From contig CM052839.1 in assembly GCA_028534125.1 (NCBI GenBank), forward strand, positions 14,012,001 through 14,076,000: a DNA stretch of 64,000 bases, given 5' to 3'. Both the position numbers and the translations under genes were made by a program. The first letter of the stretch is position 1. Each line of letters starts with the position of its first letter. Shown here in pieces: positions 21,201 to 33,200 of this stretch. The stretch comes from Lama glama (Eukaryota). The notes under the pieces were generated by a model, which saw nothing but the letters and a program-made list of their open reading frames with translations, was not told the origin of the DNA and did not search any database.

Positions 21201-24200
21201 CTGATGAATGGAATGAGGGAGTGAGGGGGCTGGGTGACCCACCTGCTCCAGCTGCAGCTGCATGGTACGCTGGGCAGCCACGTCCCCCAGTGCGATCTCC
21301 ACGTAGGGGTAGCTGGAGCTGGCCGTGGGTCGCTGGGTCCACGTCGACTGGATCTCCTTCAGGGGGAACTTCACTATCAGCTCCTGGGGTCATTGGGATA
21401 CACAGGCTTGTGGGTGGGACAGTCCTGCCCACCCACACCCTCTCCTGGAGATCAGAGCAGCAGGAGGCAGAACACGCCAGTCTGAGTACTCGTTCCCCCG
21501 TGACCTGCTGTGTGACCTGGAGCAAGTGGCTCTACCTCTCTGGACCACAGTTTCTCACCTGTGAAACTGATTCCACAAACGCTGCTGCATGCGTGTGTAG
21601 CATGCCAAGCACTGTTCTAAATACTTGGGACCCAGAGGTTCAGGACACGCCAATGGCGCCCTGACTTTCACGTCGAAGCTGCTTCTCAGCACCTGCCCCT
21701 CTTAGTCTGGGGCTCCTTCTGGTCCCAGGAGCAAATGCAGAGCACACGGGGCGAGTGCGGGAGCTGCACGTCTCACCCTCCCAGGGCTCAGGGGTGAGGA
21801 GGGGGACGGCACCAGGCTGACACCACTCACATGGGTCTCGGTGCTGAGGAAGCTGAGGCCATTCTGGTTGACGGCCAGGATGCAGGGGGCCGGCACGGCC
21901 AGGCTACTGCAGCTCTGGACGAAGAAGAAGGAGGAGCCAAACGTGGGTGAGGCACTGAGGAGGCCTGGTGAGGGGAGCAGGTGACCAGGGCTCCTCAGGG
22001 ACGGCCAGGGCCCAGCCCTGCAGCCCGAGTCCTCCCTCAGCTGCACCCAGCACACCAGCCCCCAGGCCGGGTCCCCTCCTGTCCAGCATCCCACCTTAGC
22101 TGCCCTCCATCCCAGCCCAGCTGCCTTTTCCTGGCCGTCTGCCCAGGGCCACCTGGACCTCAGTGGGGCCTTAGACAGCACCGAAAATGGCTTCATACAA
22201 AGAAAAAGGTGCCTCCATCCCCACCCTGCCCAGCAAAGCCCCCCATGATTCTCCCCCAGCCCTGGATTCTTACCCAGAAACTGGGCGCGGGCCTGGTGGG
22301 GGCTGAGTGCCTGCGTCTGCTGCCGATGCTGGCTGACCAGGCTTTGCCAAGTGGAGCCGGCTTTGGTGTGGTAGAGCCGGGCTGGGATGTACTCCTGGAT
22401 CTCCCGCCTGGAGGAGGGGAGAGCCGGCCTGAGTGCAGTTGAGGGTTGTGCAAAACCTGCACAGCTGAACGCTGGGGCACGTGGACAGGGTGAAGGTGGG
22501 TGAGCACAGCACTGAGCATACAGAAGGCGCTCAGTAACCACTGGTGGGAACACTAGGCCCTGTTTGTGGAGGAGGGAACGTAGGCTCTGAAAAGGTCATC
22601 GACTAGTCCAGGATCACATGGTGATTGAGTGAGTCAGGCTGAGGCCTGAACCCAAGGTGGCTTTGTCCTCTGCAGCCGTGGCCCAGGGAGAAGCCCAGGC
22701 CAGAAGGGTGAGAAGAGCACGGTGGGGTAAACAGCAAAGCCACCACCCGCGGCCGGGCAGAGCAGGGGCAGAGAACACGGGCTCCAGGCTGGCCCCCAGC
22801 GCCATCACCCCCGCCTGTCCCATTCTCCCAACACGTGTGTCCTGGAAGCTTTTTATCTAAACTTGCCATGCACTCAGTACCAGCCGGAAGGCACCTGTTA
22901 TGCCCAGAGGCAGGGGCCTAGCTCACATGGCGAGCTGGGGACGTAGGCCCATCTTGGCCAGGCCTTCAGGGCAGCAGGGCGGGGGGGGGGGGGCTGGCAG
23001 GCAGGCAGGCAGGTGCTCACACGGTGGGCAGGTAGAAGTGGTCCTTGGCCCGGTGCTGCAGCGCAGCCAGCTTGGACACCTGCTGCAGCTGCTGCTCGCT
23101 GGGCCGGCCAGCCGGCACACTGCTGAAGAGGCCCTTCAGGTAGTCGGGCAGCACCTGCGGGGCAGCATGCAGGTCGGGGGCTGCAGGCGGGCCTCTGCTC
23201 ACGCCTCCACCCAGGAGAGGCACACACACAGACATTTAATGGTGCCAGTCCCACTCACTTCGGGGGGTAGGTAGCCCATCACTTTCCCGGGCTTTGGGGA
23301 ACACTGGCACAGGCATGTGAGGCTGGGCCATGGGGCTGCGGCCTGGAAGCCACGTGGGAGTTCCCACAAGACCGGGGAAGAGCCAGCACTCACGCTGCTG
23401 TGTGCGGGACTTGGGGCCGCATCTCAACACATCCCCACGGGGCTGCTGGCCCACAGGCTGCGAGAGCTAAGTGACTGTATTTGGACTCAGAATTGCTGAA
23501 GCTTTGGCACCAGATTCAGAGAAACACGCGCTCTCTGTCCAAGCACGTCCACAAATGTCAGCGCAGGAGGGAGAACCAGATTTTGTAAACTCCATGACCC
23601 CAACCTAGAGGACCGAGTCTCAAAGGGGAGTGACCTCAAGACAAAAATGATGTGGCCACGCAAAGCCTTTGAGCAAGGGACAGGCCGAGCTCAGCGCAGG
23701 AGGGGAGCAGGAGGAAGGAGGTCAGAGGGCCTCGTGGAGAGATGCCATCCGGGCAGCCTCACCGGGAGGACTCAGAGAAGCGGAGACACCGGAGGGGCAG
23801 GCCGGATGGAGCGATGCCTTGAGGAGGCCTGCTTATTAGCAAGTGAGGGCCACGGCGGCGTTGGATGGCTCTGCGACCAGGCAGGGAGCAGAGGCCTCGG
23901 TGTAGAAGTGTCAGCGAGGCCCGAACCGCGAAGGCCTCAAATGTCAAAGCTGTGGGGTCACAGGCCCAGGGGAGCCTGGAAGGTCCCAGAGCCTCCGAGC
24001 AGCCCAGGAGCTGACCTGGTTGTAGTGCATGGTCACGTATAGCTCATTCTCGAACTTGAGTGGCTGATCCCAGAGCACACGCCGGAACCACAGCCTGTAG
24101 CCACCGTCCACCTGCTCCATCTCTGAGGCCACGTCCAGGATATAGGCGCGGCGGCTAAGCGGGCACACGTGCTGGCCTGTGGGGAGCCAGGACGGCTGGT

Positions 24201-27200
24201 GGGGACACGCATGTCAGGACCCTCCCCGCTCTGGGACACGGTGACCTCGGTAATGGAGCGCACGCTTACGGGACAGGCGCCCTGTTTGTGGACGTTGATG
24301 ACACAGGTGGGGATAACACCAACTCAAAGCTGTGGCCCACCCAGGCCTGGGGACGCGCCCTGGCCCACGTGCAGAGAAGGCCCAGCCCTTCCCGGAGCAG
24401 GCTGGGGACAAGGACAAGCACAGCAGGCCGCACTCAGGAGACCTGGTGGGAGCCTCTCTGCAGGCGTCCTTCGGGGGGACGGGGAGCACGGGGCCCGGCA
24501 CCGAGCGGGCCTCAGCCTGCATGAGAGGCTTCAGTGTCCACCTCCTGCACTGACACCCCTGCTCCCCACCCCACACCTTCAGTAAGATTTTACCAAAAAG
24601 AGGGTGGCAGGGTAATACACGTCCCCGGACTGGCCAGACTGTCCGGGTCCAAATCCCAACCGTGTGGCCTTGGGCGAGCCCCGGCCCCCGTGGCGGGCTG
24701 AGTCACAGCCCCTCCCCACAGATGCCGGCGCCCTCATCCCCAGAACCTGCGAACGCGCCGCCTCGTGGCAGAAGGGACTGGAAGGTGACTAAGGTGAAGG
24801 ACTGTGGGATGGGGAGAGTATCCCGGGTCACCCAGGTGGACCCAGTGTGGTCTCAAGGGTCCTTGTGAGAAGGAGTCAGGGAGATCAAAGAGCGGGCAAC
24901 GGGAAGGCACTGCACTTTCGGCTCTGAGGGTGGGGGAGGCGCCCCGAGCCAAGGCACGGGGCAGTCTCCAGAAGCTGCAAAAGGCCGGGAAACAGACCCC
25001 TTCCTAGAGCCTCCAGGAGCCAGCCCTGAGGACGCTGATCTCCGGACTCTGACCTTCAGAACCGTAAGGATGATAAACGTGTGTTGTTATGAGGCACTAA
25101 GCATGAGGTGATTTGTTTTGGCAGCAGCAACAGGAGACGAATACCGCCTCCCTGGGCCTCAGTGTTCCCATCTGCTAGCGGGAAGAGTGAGTCTCATCTC
25201 GCAGCACAGTGGTGGGGATGAAGTCAGGTTACAGGATTAGGGACTTCCACCCGTGCCTGGGACATAAATTCTGTTATTTGGACCATTTTGTTACCACCTT
25301 CCCCTGCCCTGTGTCTTGGCTGGACGTCGGGCAAGCAGGGCCGAGGGCAGGTGGCTCAGAGCTGAGGCAGCCGCAGGCTAACTGCAGGAGGTGGGTGGAG
25401 CTGACCAGCTGGTGGCAGGACCAGGGTCTCAGGCTGCAGGTGGAAAGGGTTTGGTGACACTGAGCAGGGCCTGGTGAGACCAGGGCAGGTGGGGGGCTCT
25501 GATGGCCACTATGAGGCATAAGAGGCAGGAAAAAGGATCTGTGCTCGTGGGCTCCAGGAGTGGCATGAAGGGAAGCACTGAGCAGGCCCCGAGGGGCAGA
25601 GAGAGGCCCAGAGAGGGCCCTGTCTTCCACGAGCTTGCAGCCTGCTAGGCCAGACAAACACAGAAAATGAAGCAGGGGGGACAGATGGGCGGAAGCAGGG
25701 CTGGGGGTGCTCGGTGCACGGAGAGGCCCCTCCATGTGGGCCGAGGGGCTTCCTGGGGGAAGGGGCATCTGGCCTGGGCCTTACAGGTGGGGTGGGGGCG
25801 TGAGCCCGGCACGCCCCGTCCTTTGGCCACTCACCTCGGTTGGTGACAACAAAGATGACATACTCGTCAAAGGCCTCGGGGCGCATCAGAGCCATCTCAG
25901 CACAGATCTCCTCCACCACGTCCAGGGCCACCTGCGGGGAGGGAAGAGGGAGGCTGCCCCTGAGCCCACCCAAGCACCCTGCAGAGGCCAGGGTCCCGGC
26001 AGCCTCTGGGAGTCAGCCTCTCGCAGGGAAGGGGCCCAGCTTTTGGTGTCTGAGAGACTCAGGTTCGGAGCCGGCCATCGTCTCTGATCTGCAGTGTGAC
26101 CTCACGCTGGAGGCCCCACCTCCCCAAGGCGCCTTCTGCTCCTCTGAGAATAAATCCTGCCCTGCAGGGCTGTGGGGGAGCTGGGGGAGCTGAGCACCCT
26201 GGGGCCAGCCCTGGAGAGACGGAGGGGTGGAGGGTATGCCCGCTGGAGGCGTTCCCTCACTTACAGTGCATGTTTTGATTTTCAGATGGCGCTCGAGGCC
26301 TCCGGGGAGAAGAAAGAGCTGCCTCTTGGAACTGCGGCCCGCCTGGACAGGGAGGAGAGGGAAGACGGGAAGACGGGACGGGTTGGGCCCCGGGATCTGG
26401 GCCAGCCGCTGTTCCTGCCGCGGGAGGCCCCGGCCAGGCGCAGGCACGCACCGGCTCACGTGTACATGGGGCCTGACATGCAACGGGGTCCCTGGGGGGC
26501 CGTCCCTCTCGACTCCCACCCCAACTCACCAACATGGCCTGGAGCTCCATGCTGCTTGGGAGCTCGCGGCGGCCACCAAAGTGCAAGGTTTTCTGCAGGT
26601 TCTGCTCACAGGCCTTGGCGATCCCTGCAGAGACGGGAGTCAGCGCCTCATCCAGGGTGGGCAGCAGAGGAAGGGGCTCCTCTGGCCCCAGCCCTGAGCC
26701 CACTGGGGTGGGTGTTTGCTCCCCCTTCAGTGTTAGGGAGGCAGTTCAGACGGCAGTGATTTGCCCAAGATCAGGAGCCAGAGTATAAAAGCTGGATTCG
26801 AACCAACGTCTCACGTGCTTAAGGCCTGCACGCTCCCTGCAACAGGCTGTGTGGCTGTGGTGGTGCGACTGTGCCCCGCCAGCTGGGACCCTCACTACCC
26901 CCCACCTTACCCAGGGGCCCGTGCAGAAGACCCTCCATCTGTTTCCCTGTGTCTCCGGCTACGCAAAGCCCTCACCCTGCTCTGGGCACGTGCTGCTGCC
27001 ATCCCTGGAGCTGAGTCTGCACCTCTGAGTCCAGGCAAGTTTGTTAACTGAGTCAGAGGAGGACTCAGAGGCAGAGAGTGTGAGCGCCCTGTCTCCACCA
27101 TGGCTGCTGTGGTGGCCACAGAGGCCCTGGCCTCTTTCTCAGGGGGACCCAGGGGTCTCTCTGGAAACAAGGCGGTGAGTGAGGCTGAGGAGTGACCCCT

Positions 27201-30200
27201 TTCCCTGGACTCCAATGGGAAAAGGCTGAGGCCCTGACACCATCCTTGGGAGTTCCCCACCTGGACCCACTCGAGACCCTTGTTGTTTCCGGAAGACCCC
27301 AGGAAGCAGGGCCTTGCCACCCACTGTCCTCCTCTCCCACATGTCACACATCTCCACCTCTGGGCCTTTACTCCTGCTACTCAGCCCACCTGGAAACCCC
27401 TCCCATGTGCTCACTACCCAGAGCAACACCTCCTCTAGGAAGCCTCCCCTGATATGCCATCCTGCCCGTTAGGTCAGCCCCATAGGACCTCCCCAAGTGT
27501 CTGGGGAGTGGACTGATATCAGTAAACATTGCCCAGCCACCTGCCGTCTGCCCTTGGCCCTAGTCCCTCCTTGCTGGCCCCTCACCCTGGAAGGGCAGGC
27601 CTGGGGTCCGGCTCACGTCTTGGAGAAAGCGAATGAGGTGTGGCTGGAGGACCTCAGAGCAGCTGTGGTAGGCAGCCACGATGTACAGCAGCCTCCAGCC
27701 CCGCTGGCAGCTGTCCCTGTGAGGACACACAGGGCCTTCGTTGCAGGTGGCCACTGCACTACACTGCCATGCCAGGGGTCTCCTGCGACTGGGCTGGAGG
27801 CCTCTGGCTCTCAAGCAGCTCCTGTCTTCTGAGGATGCCCCTCCCTGCCCTGTGAGAGTAGGGTGGATGGGTCCCAGAGCCAGGCAGAAGGTGTGTTCTA
27901 TTGGGAGTCCAGGGTGGGAGGTGGGGAGGGACAGGGATGAGGCTGGTGGTATGAACAATGTGCACAAGGAAGCCAGCCTTCTCTGGTAGGATCTCCCTGG
28001 AGAGGCTGCTCAGTGAAGGTCCTTGAAGGAGGAGCCAGGGAGACCTTGTGCAGAGGTAGTGACAGGTAAGGCCGGGTGAGAAGGGCAGGAGGATGCGCTG
28101 AGTGGTTCTGAAATTCCTGGGGGACGAGACCAAGTGGACAGGAGGGTGGCCCAGGGATAACAAGAGCAGCACACATTTTGGGTCCCTGCCATGTGCTGGT
28201 CATGTGTGAGACATGGAAGTTCACCTTCAAGCTGCCCTAGAGTGAGGGTTTCACTTGTAGGGACCTCTGGTGTCTGCAGACAGCACTTGGGCTTCCTTTG
28301 GGAAACCACCCACCCCTCCCCAGCTCCCTGTGGTTTGGAGCTGGGTACCACAGCCAGGAATGGACAGTGAGAACACTGCAGCCCCTGGCCACTGTGATTG
28401 GTTTAGAGATGGGCATGGGAGCCAGGTCTGGCCAATTAAAATTCAGCCTCCCTCTGGCTATGGCGATTGGTCTGGGGACAGGAATATGACCCAGGTCTAG
28501 TCAGTCAGAGCTCTTTATCCTCCAACCATTGTGGTTGGCTCAGGGATGGGCACTTGACCAAGTCAGGCCAGGAAGACTGGACTTGGGGATTTCTGCTGCA
28601 AACATTGGGTCAGTCTTGCTCTCCCTGGGATTGCTGAGCTGAGAAATGTCTCTCTAGAGCTACCATTTTGCCAATCTATGGAATATATTGCTTGGAAATG
28701 ATATCAACACAGAGGAAAGCATGGAAAGGATTTAGGGAAATTCTGCTTTCTGATGACCCTGGATCCAGCTATGCCTGAAGTCCCATTACCTGAACCCTCT
28801 TTTGCTTAAACCAGCTAGAATGGGGTTTCCGTCACTTGCAGCCAAGAACCTGGACTTACACCTTATCAGTGCATTTTACAGACGAGGAAACTTAAGCTCA
28901 GAGACCAAAAACGGATTGTCCCAACCAAGCAATTTCAAATACATGTGCTCTGCCTACTGAGAGAGGAAAAGGATGAAAGGAAGAGAACCGGGGAGGACGG
29001 GCTGGGAGGTGGGAGGCTGACCTGGTCCCTCCTGGAGCATGGACACGGGGGAAGGGAAGAAGGGAAAGGTGAAGCCCACTCACGGCTTGGTGCTGGTGTT
29101 GTCTGTGATCTGCTTCACGACTTGGCAGTAACACTCGTCCCGCATGACCTCGTGGTCCCTGCACAGCTGTAGGAGGGCAGGCCCACGCCACACGTAAGAA
29201 CAGGCCTGGTGTCCCTTCCCCAGGCACCAGGGGGACGCGCTCTTCTCTGGGTCACACAAGAAGCTTCCCACCCCAGAGTCCTGCAAGTCTGGCTGACAGA
29301 TGGGGGAACTGAGTCACAGAGCAGAGAGGGGACTGACCTTCAGGAGGGTGCAAAGCACGTCCAGTTCACTCTGGCCTTTCAGCGGGGCATCCCCCATGAA
29401 CCGCATCACAGCTGGAGGAAACACCTGTCCCACTCAGGCCACCAGAACCCCAGCTGCCCGCCCACCTCAGGGGACCCTGGAGTTGGGCCCCTCCCGGAGA
29501 GCAGTCGCCAGGGGAGCGGGGGTTCCTCCTCTCTTGAGGGGCCCCACGTCTGAGTTGAGGGCAGCAGTGGTGGTGAGCAGAGGTCACACATTGCCGGGTC
29601 CCCCCTGGCCACAGCCCCACCCCCACACCTAGAAACATGTCTGTGGCCATCTTGTTGAGGCTGCTGTCGCTGAGCTCGATGAGGGAGTCCTTGAGCGGGG
29701 TCTGCGGGGGTGGGGAGGGAAGGGGCTGGTCAGGAGGGGAGGGGCCTGTGACAGGGGAGGGGCTGGGTCAGGAGGGGAGGGGCCTGTGACAGGGGAGGGG
29801 CTGGGTCAGGAGGGGAGGGGCCTGTGACAGGGGAGGGGCTGGGTCAGGAGGGGAGTGCAAGGTAAACCCATGTGGTGTTTCCTCTCTTAGGACATGAGGG
29901 TCCACACCACCAAAAGGCAGTCAGGCCAGACACTGGGGAAGATGCTGCCCATGGGAGGAATCCAGGCCCCAGGGTGCTGAGAGCAGGAAGGAGGGGATCT
30001 CGCTGAGGGCAAGGCTGGCCCGGAGGGGCTTTCATATCACCATTTAATCGCGGGGAACCTGGGGCCTGGGGCTGGAGACCTTGGTGAAACAAAGCAAGTC
30101 CTCCAAAGTTCTGGATTCCCGACCCTCCTTGGGTTTCAGCCTTAGGCCATCCCTGCAACAGGAATGGACGCTTCGGACCTGTCTTGCTCCGAAGCCTTTG

Positions 30201-33200
30201 GCTGCATCCCCTTCTCACGCGTGTACCTGTCCCACTGTCAGCCACTGGGCAGGAAGGCTCAGAGTGGAGGCCGCAGGCGGGTCTCACCTCTGGGTGGTTT
30301 CTCACCCCTCCACCAGAACTGGGGCCTCCCTGCCTGGGCGGCTGCAAGAAGGCCCTCCCCAGGGTGGGGATGAGGGGTGGGGCCTCCACTCACTGAGGTC
30401 TCCTCTGAGGGTCTCGGAAATACTTCTGGGCGAACTCCAGCATTGTGTACGGTGGGAAAGCCAGGCCGTCCTCCCCGCAGTCAGCGGAACCAGCCTGGAT
30501 TGGGGGACCCTGCAAGAGGGCCATCTGCCACAGCCCACCCGGTCAGAGCTGACCCAGGGCAGCCCCTGGCTGACTGTGCCAGACCCTCTCAGGCTGCCTC
30601 CATTGCTCCCCAGTGCCTGGCCCACTGACCTGGCCCCTCCCTCCTTTCTCTCCTTCTGCCCTGGCGAGCTGCGAGCCACGGGAATCGGCTGGCATCACCC
30701 ACCAGGCCCCACCCCTTCCCAGGAGGACTTCACCTTCTTGCCGGCATAGGCTGGTCCTGCCCACCTTGGCCTGGTCACAACCCTTCCACTGAACCCCCAT
30801 CCTCCCTGGCCACACCTCCAGCCACCTCTGGTTAAATCTTGCGGGTCACACGTCTGCTTGGCCCTAGAAAGTCGCCTGGCCCCAGGATGGCCCACCCCGG
30901 CTGACCCCGCTCCCCTCCATACCAGTCAGGCTGACCCCTTTGCTGTGCCCGCCCCTCGGTCTGGCCCTGCGCTCTCACCTCCCTCCTGCGGCCCACCTCC
31001 TGTGCAGCAGCGGCCGAGGCCACGGCAGCGGCCACGGCAGCAGCACGGCCCCGGCCTGGCTCGGTGGGCAGCTGCAGGAAGTCAGGGGCGGCTGCGGGCT
31101 GCACCAGCTCAGAAGGGAAGCGGCCCACACGCCCATGGATGGTCCCAAACCTCCAGCCTAGGGGGCGGGGAAGGGCTCTGAGCAGCAGGAGGGGCTCATC
31201 TGGGAACTCGGGGCCCAGAGACACCTCTCTGTGAGGCAGGTCTGCCTCGGAGCCAGCTACAGAAGAGGACCCAGGCTCAGCGGAGGGAAGGCCCTCCCTC
31301 CCTCAGTGGGACAGGTGGCAGAAAAGAACACAGCGCAGCTTGACCCTCGGAGACCCTTTAGCCAGACGTGCAGGCGAAGGGCTGGGCTGGATGGCCCCCT
31401 TGGGAGCTGCAGCCAGGCCAGGCCCTTCAGGGCACCAGAACCCCCACTGTGCATCTGCCCTGTTTGGGTTCCCAGGGTGCCCACCGAAGTCGGGGCCTCG
31501 ACGCCGCAGCTCCTCCAGGTACACGACCTTCTTGCCGACCACGCACCCAGCGCTATAGCCTGCAGGCCAGGCTCCATCAGCATTGTCGGGGAGGCCCCCG
31601 CCCCACCTCCGCCTGGGGACCCACCCGGTCCCGCAGCGCTGACCCACTCGAGGAGGCTCCAGGGGCTGCAGGTGAATAATGTCGCCCTTGTGGAAGGCCA
31701 GTAGCGTGGGGTCCTCGGGCAGGAAGTTCCTCACAGCCACCACATAGTCTGAGCCCTGGATCAGCCAGGGGCCGGGTGAGGGCTGCAGTCCGATCCCCCC
31801 CACTGCCCCTCCCACAGCAGCCATTCCTCCCGGATCCATCAGGGGCAGGGACATGCTGGGCCTGACGCAGGGCTATGCCTGCTCCAGGCCTGGGGCTCCG
31901 TTCTACAAGGAGTGGGGGGTTGGGGGACGGTGCCACTGAACTGGGCAGTGCAGCCCCGGCTGAATGGGAGGAATGCCGCTGCCTGCTGTGGAGCCTGGAG
32001 GAGGTGCTGGGACACCTTGAGGTGTGAGTACAGGATTCTGGAGGAGCAGGCTGGTGGAAGAGCACCCCGGGTGAGGGCAGAGCCCCGGACACGCGCACAT
32101 CCGCGCTTCCTAGGCAGGTGTGGCTGGCACATCCGGGGTGGGAGCGCCCGGTGCTGGGCCCTCGCCCTGCTGGGGGTGTCGGTAGGAGGCCTTAACCTTC
32201 TTCAGCTCCAGGATGAAGTCGTCCACCAGGGTCTTGACCTGGTGAGCTCGGGCAGAGAACAGGATGACCTTCTCGCTAGCCAAGTTGAACTCCAGCATGT
32301 TCTGGGAGGGGATAGTCACAAACAGGATATCTGCAAAGCTGGGGGAGGGGATGGGGCATGAGGGCAGGACCCTGGGCCAGAGGGGCATGCTCCCCACAGC
32401 CATGCTGCTCCTTCTCCGCTGCCCTGCCGCAGGACCCGGGGAGCATCCCGGCCTCCAGACCCCTCGTCTGCAGCTGCAGTGCGGTGCCCCCACCCTGTGA
32501 ACCCGCACCTTCCAGCTCCCCCCGATCTTTTGCCTTTTTTTTGGTTTTCTTCTCTTAGTCCAACCTTCCAGATTTTGCCTACACAAATCTCTCCCACTCA
32601 GTGAGCAAATTGTTTCCATCTTTTGAGGCAAAGAGCTTTCACCTATTGGTGAGTGAGGCTCTATTCCTGTGCTGTTATACACAGCTGCTGGGAGTGGGGC
32701 CGGGGACTCCGGAAGCACCCTTCCCTTCCAGGCTGCATCTGAACTTGGCTGCTCAGAGTGCAGTCGGCCCCCCACCCTGCACAGTGAGCTCGGTGAGGGC
32801 AGGGCTGCGGTGGTGGGCTCCCAGCTCACCCACTTCCTGGCTGTGTGACCTGAGACAAGCACCCTCCCTCTCTGAGCCTGTTTCCCCACCCCCAAGGTGG
32901 GCTTGATTCAAGAGCTTGGTACAACCCAGCACATGGTAGGTCCAGCCATCCCTCAGTATCCAGGGGGTTCCAGGGCCCATCGAGGGCTCCCAAATGCACA
33001 GGTGCTCAAGTCCCTAGTACTTGCATATAACTTGCACATGTGCACGCAAATACTTTCAACCACCTAGGTAACTTGTAATCTCTAAACTCAACGTAAATAC
33101 TATGTAAACAGTCGCTGGTGCACAGCAGATTCCAATTTTGCTTTTTGGAACTTCATGGAATTGTTTTTCTGAATATTTGCCACCCACGATGGGTTGAACT

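Noticed and set aside
22981-22993. Poly-G run (also at 1350-1362)
   Set aside because: Simple homopolymers with unreliable length and no further structure
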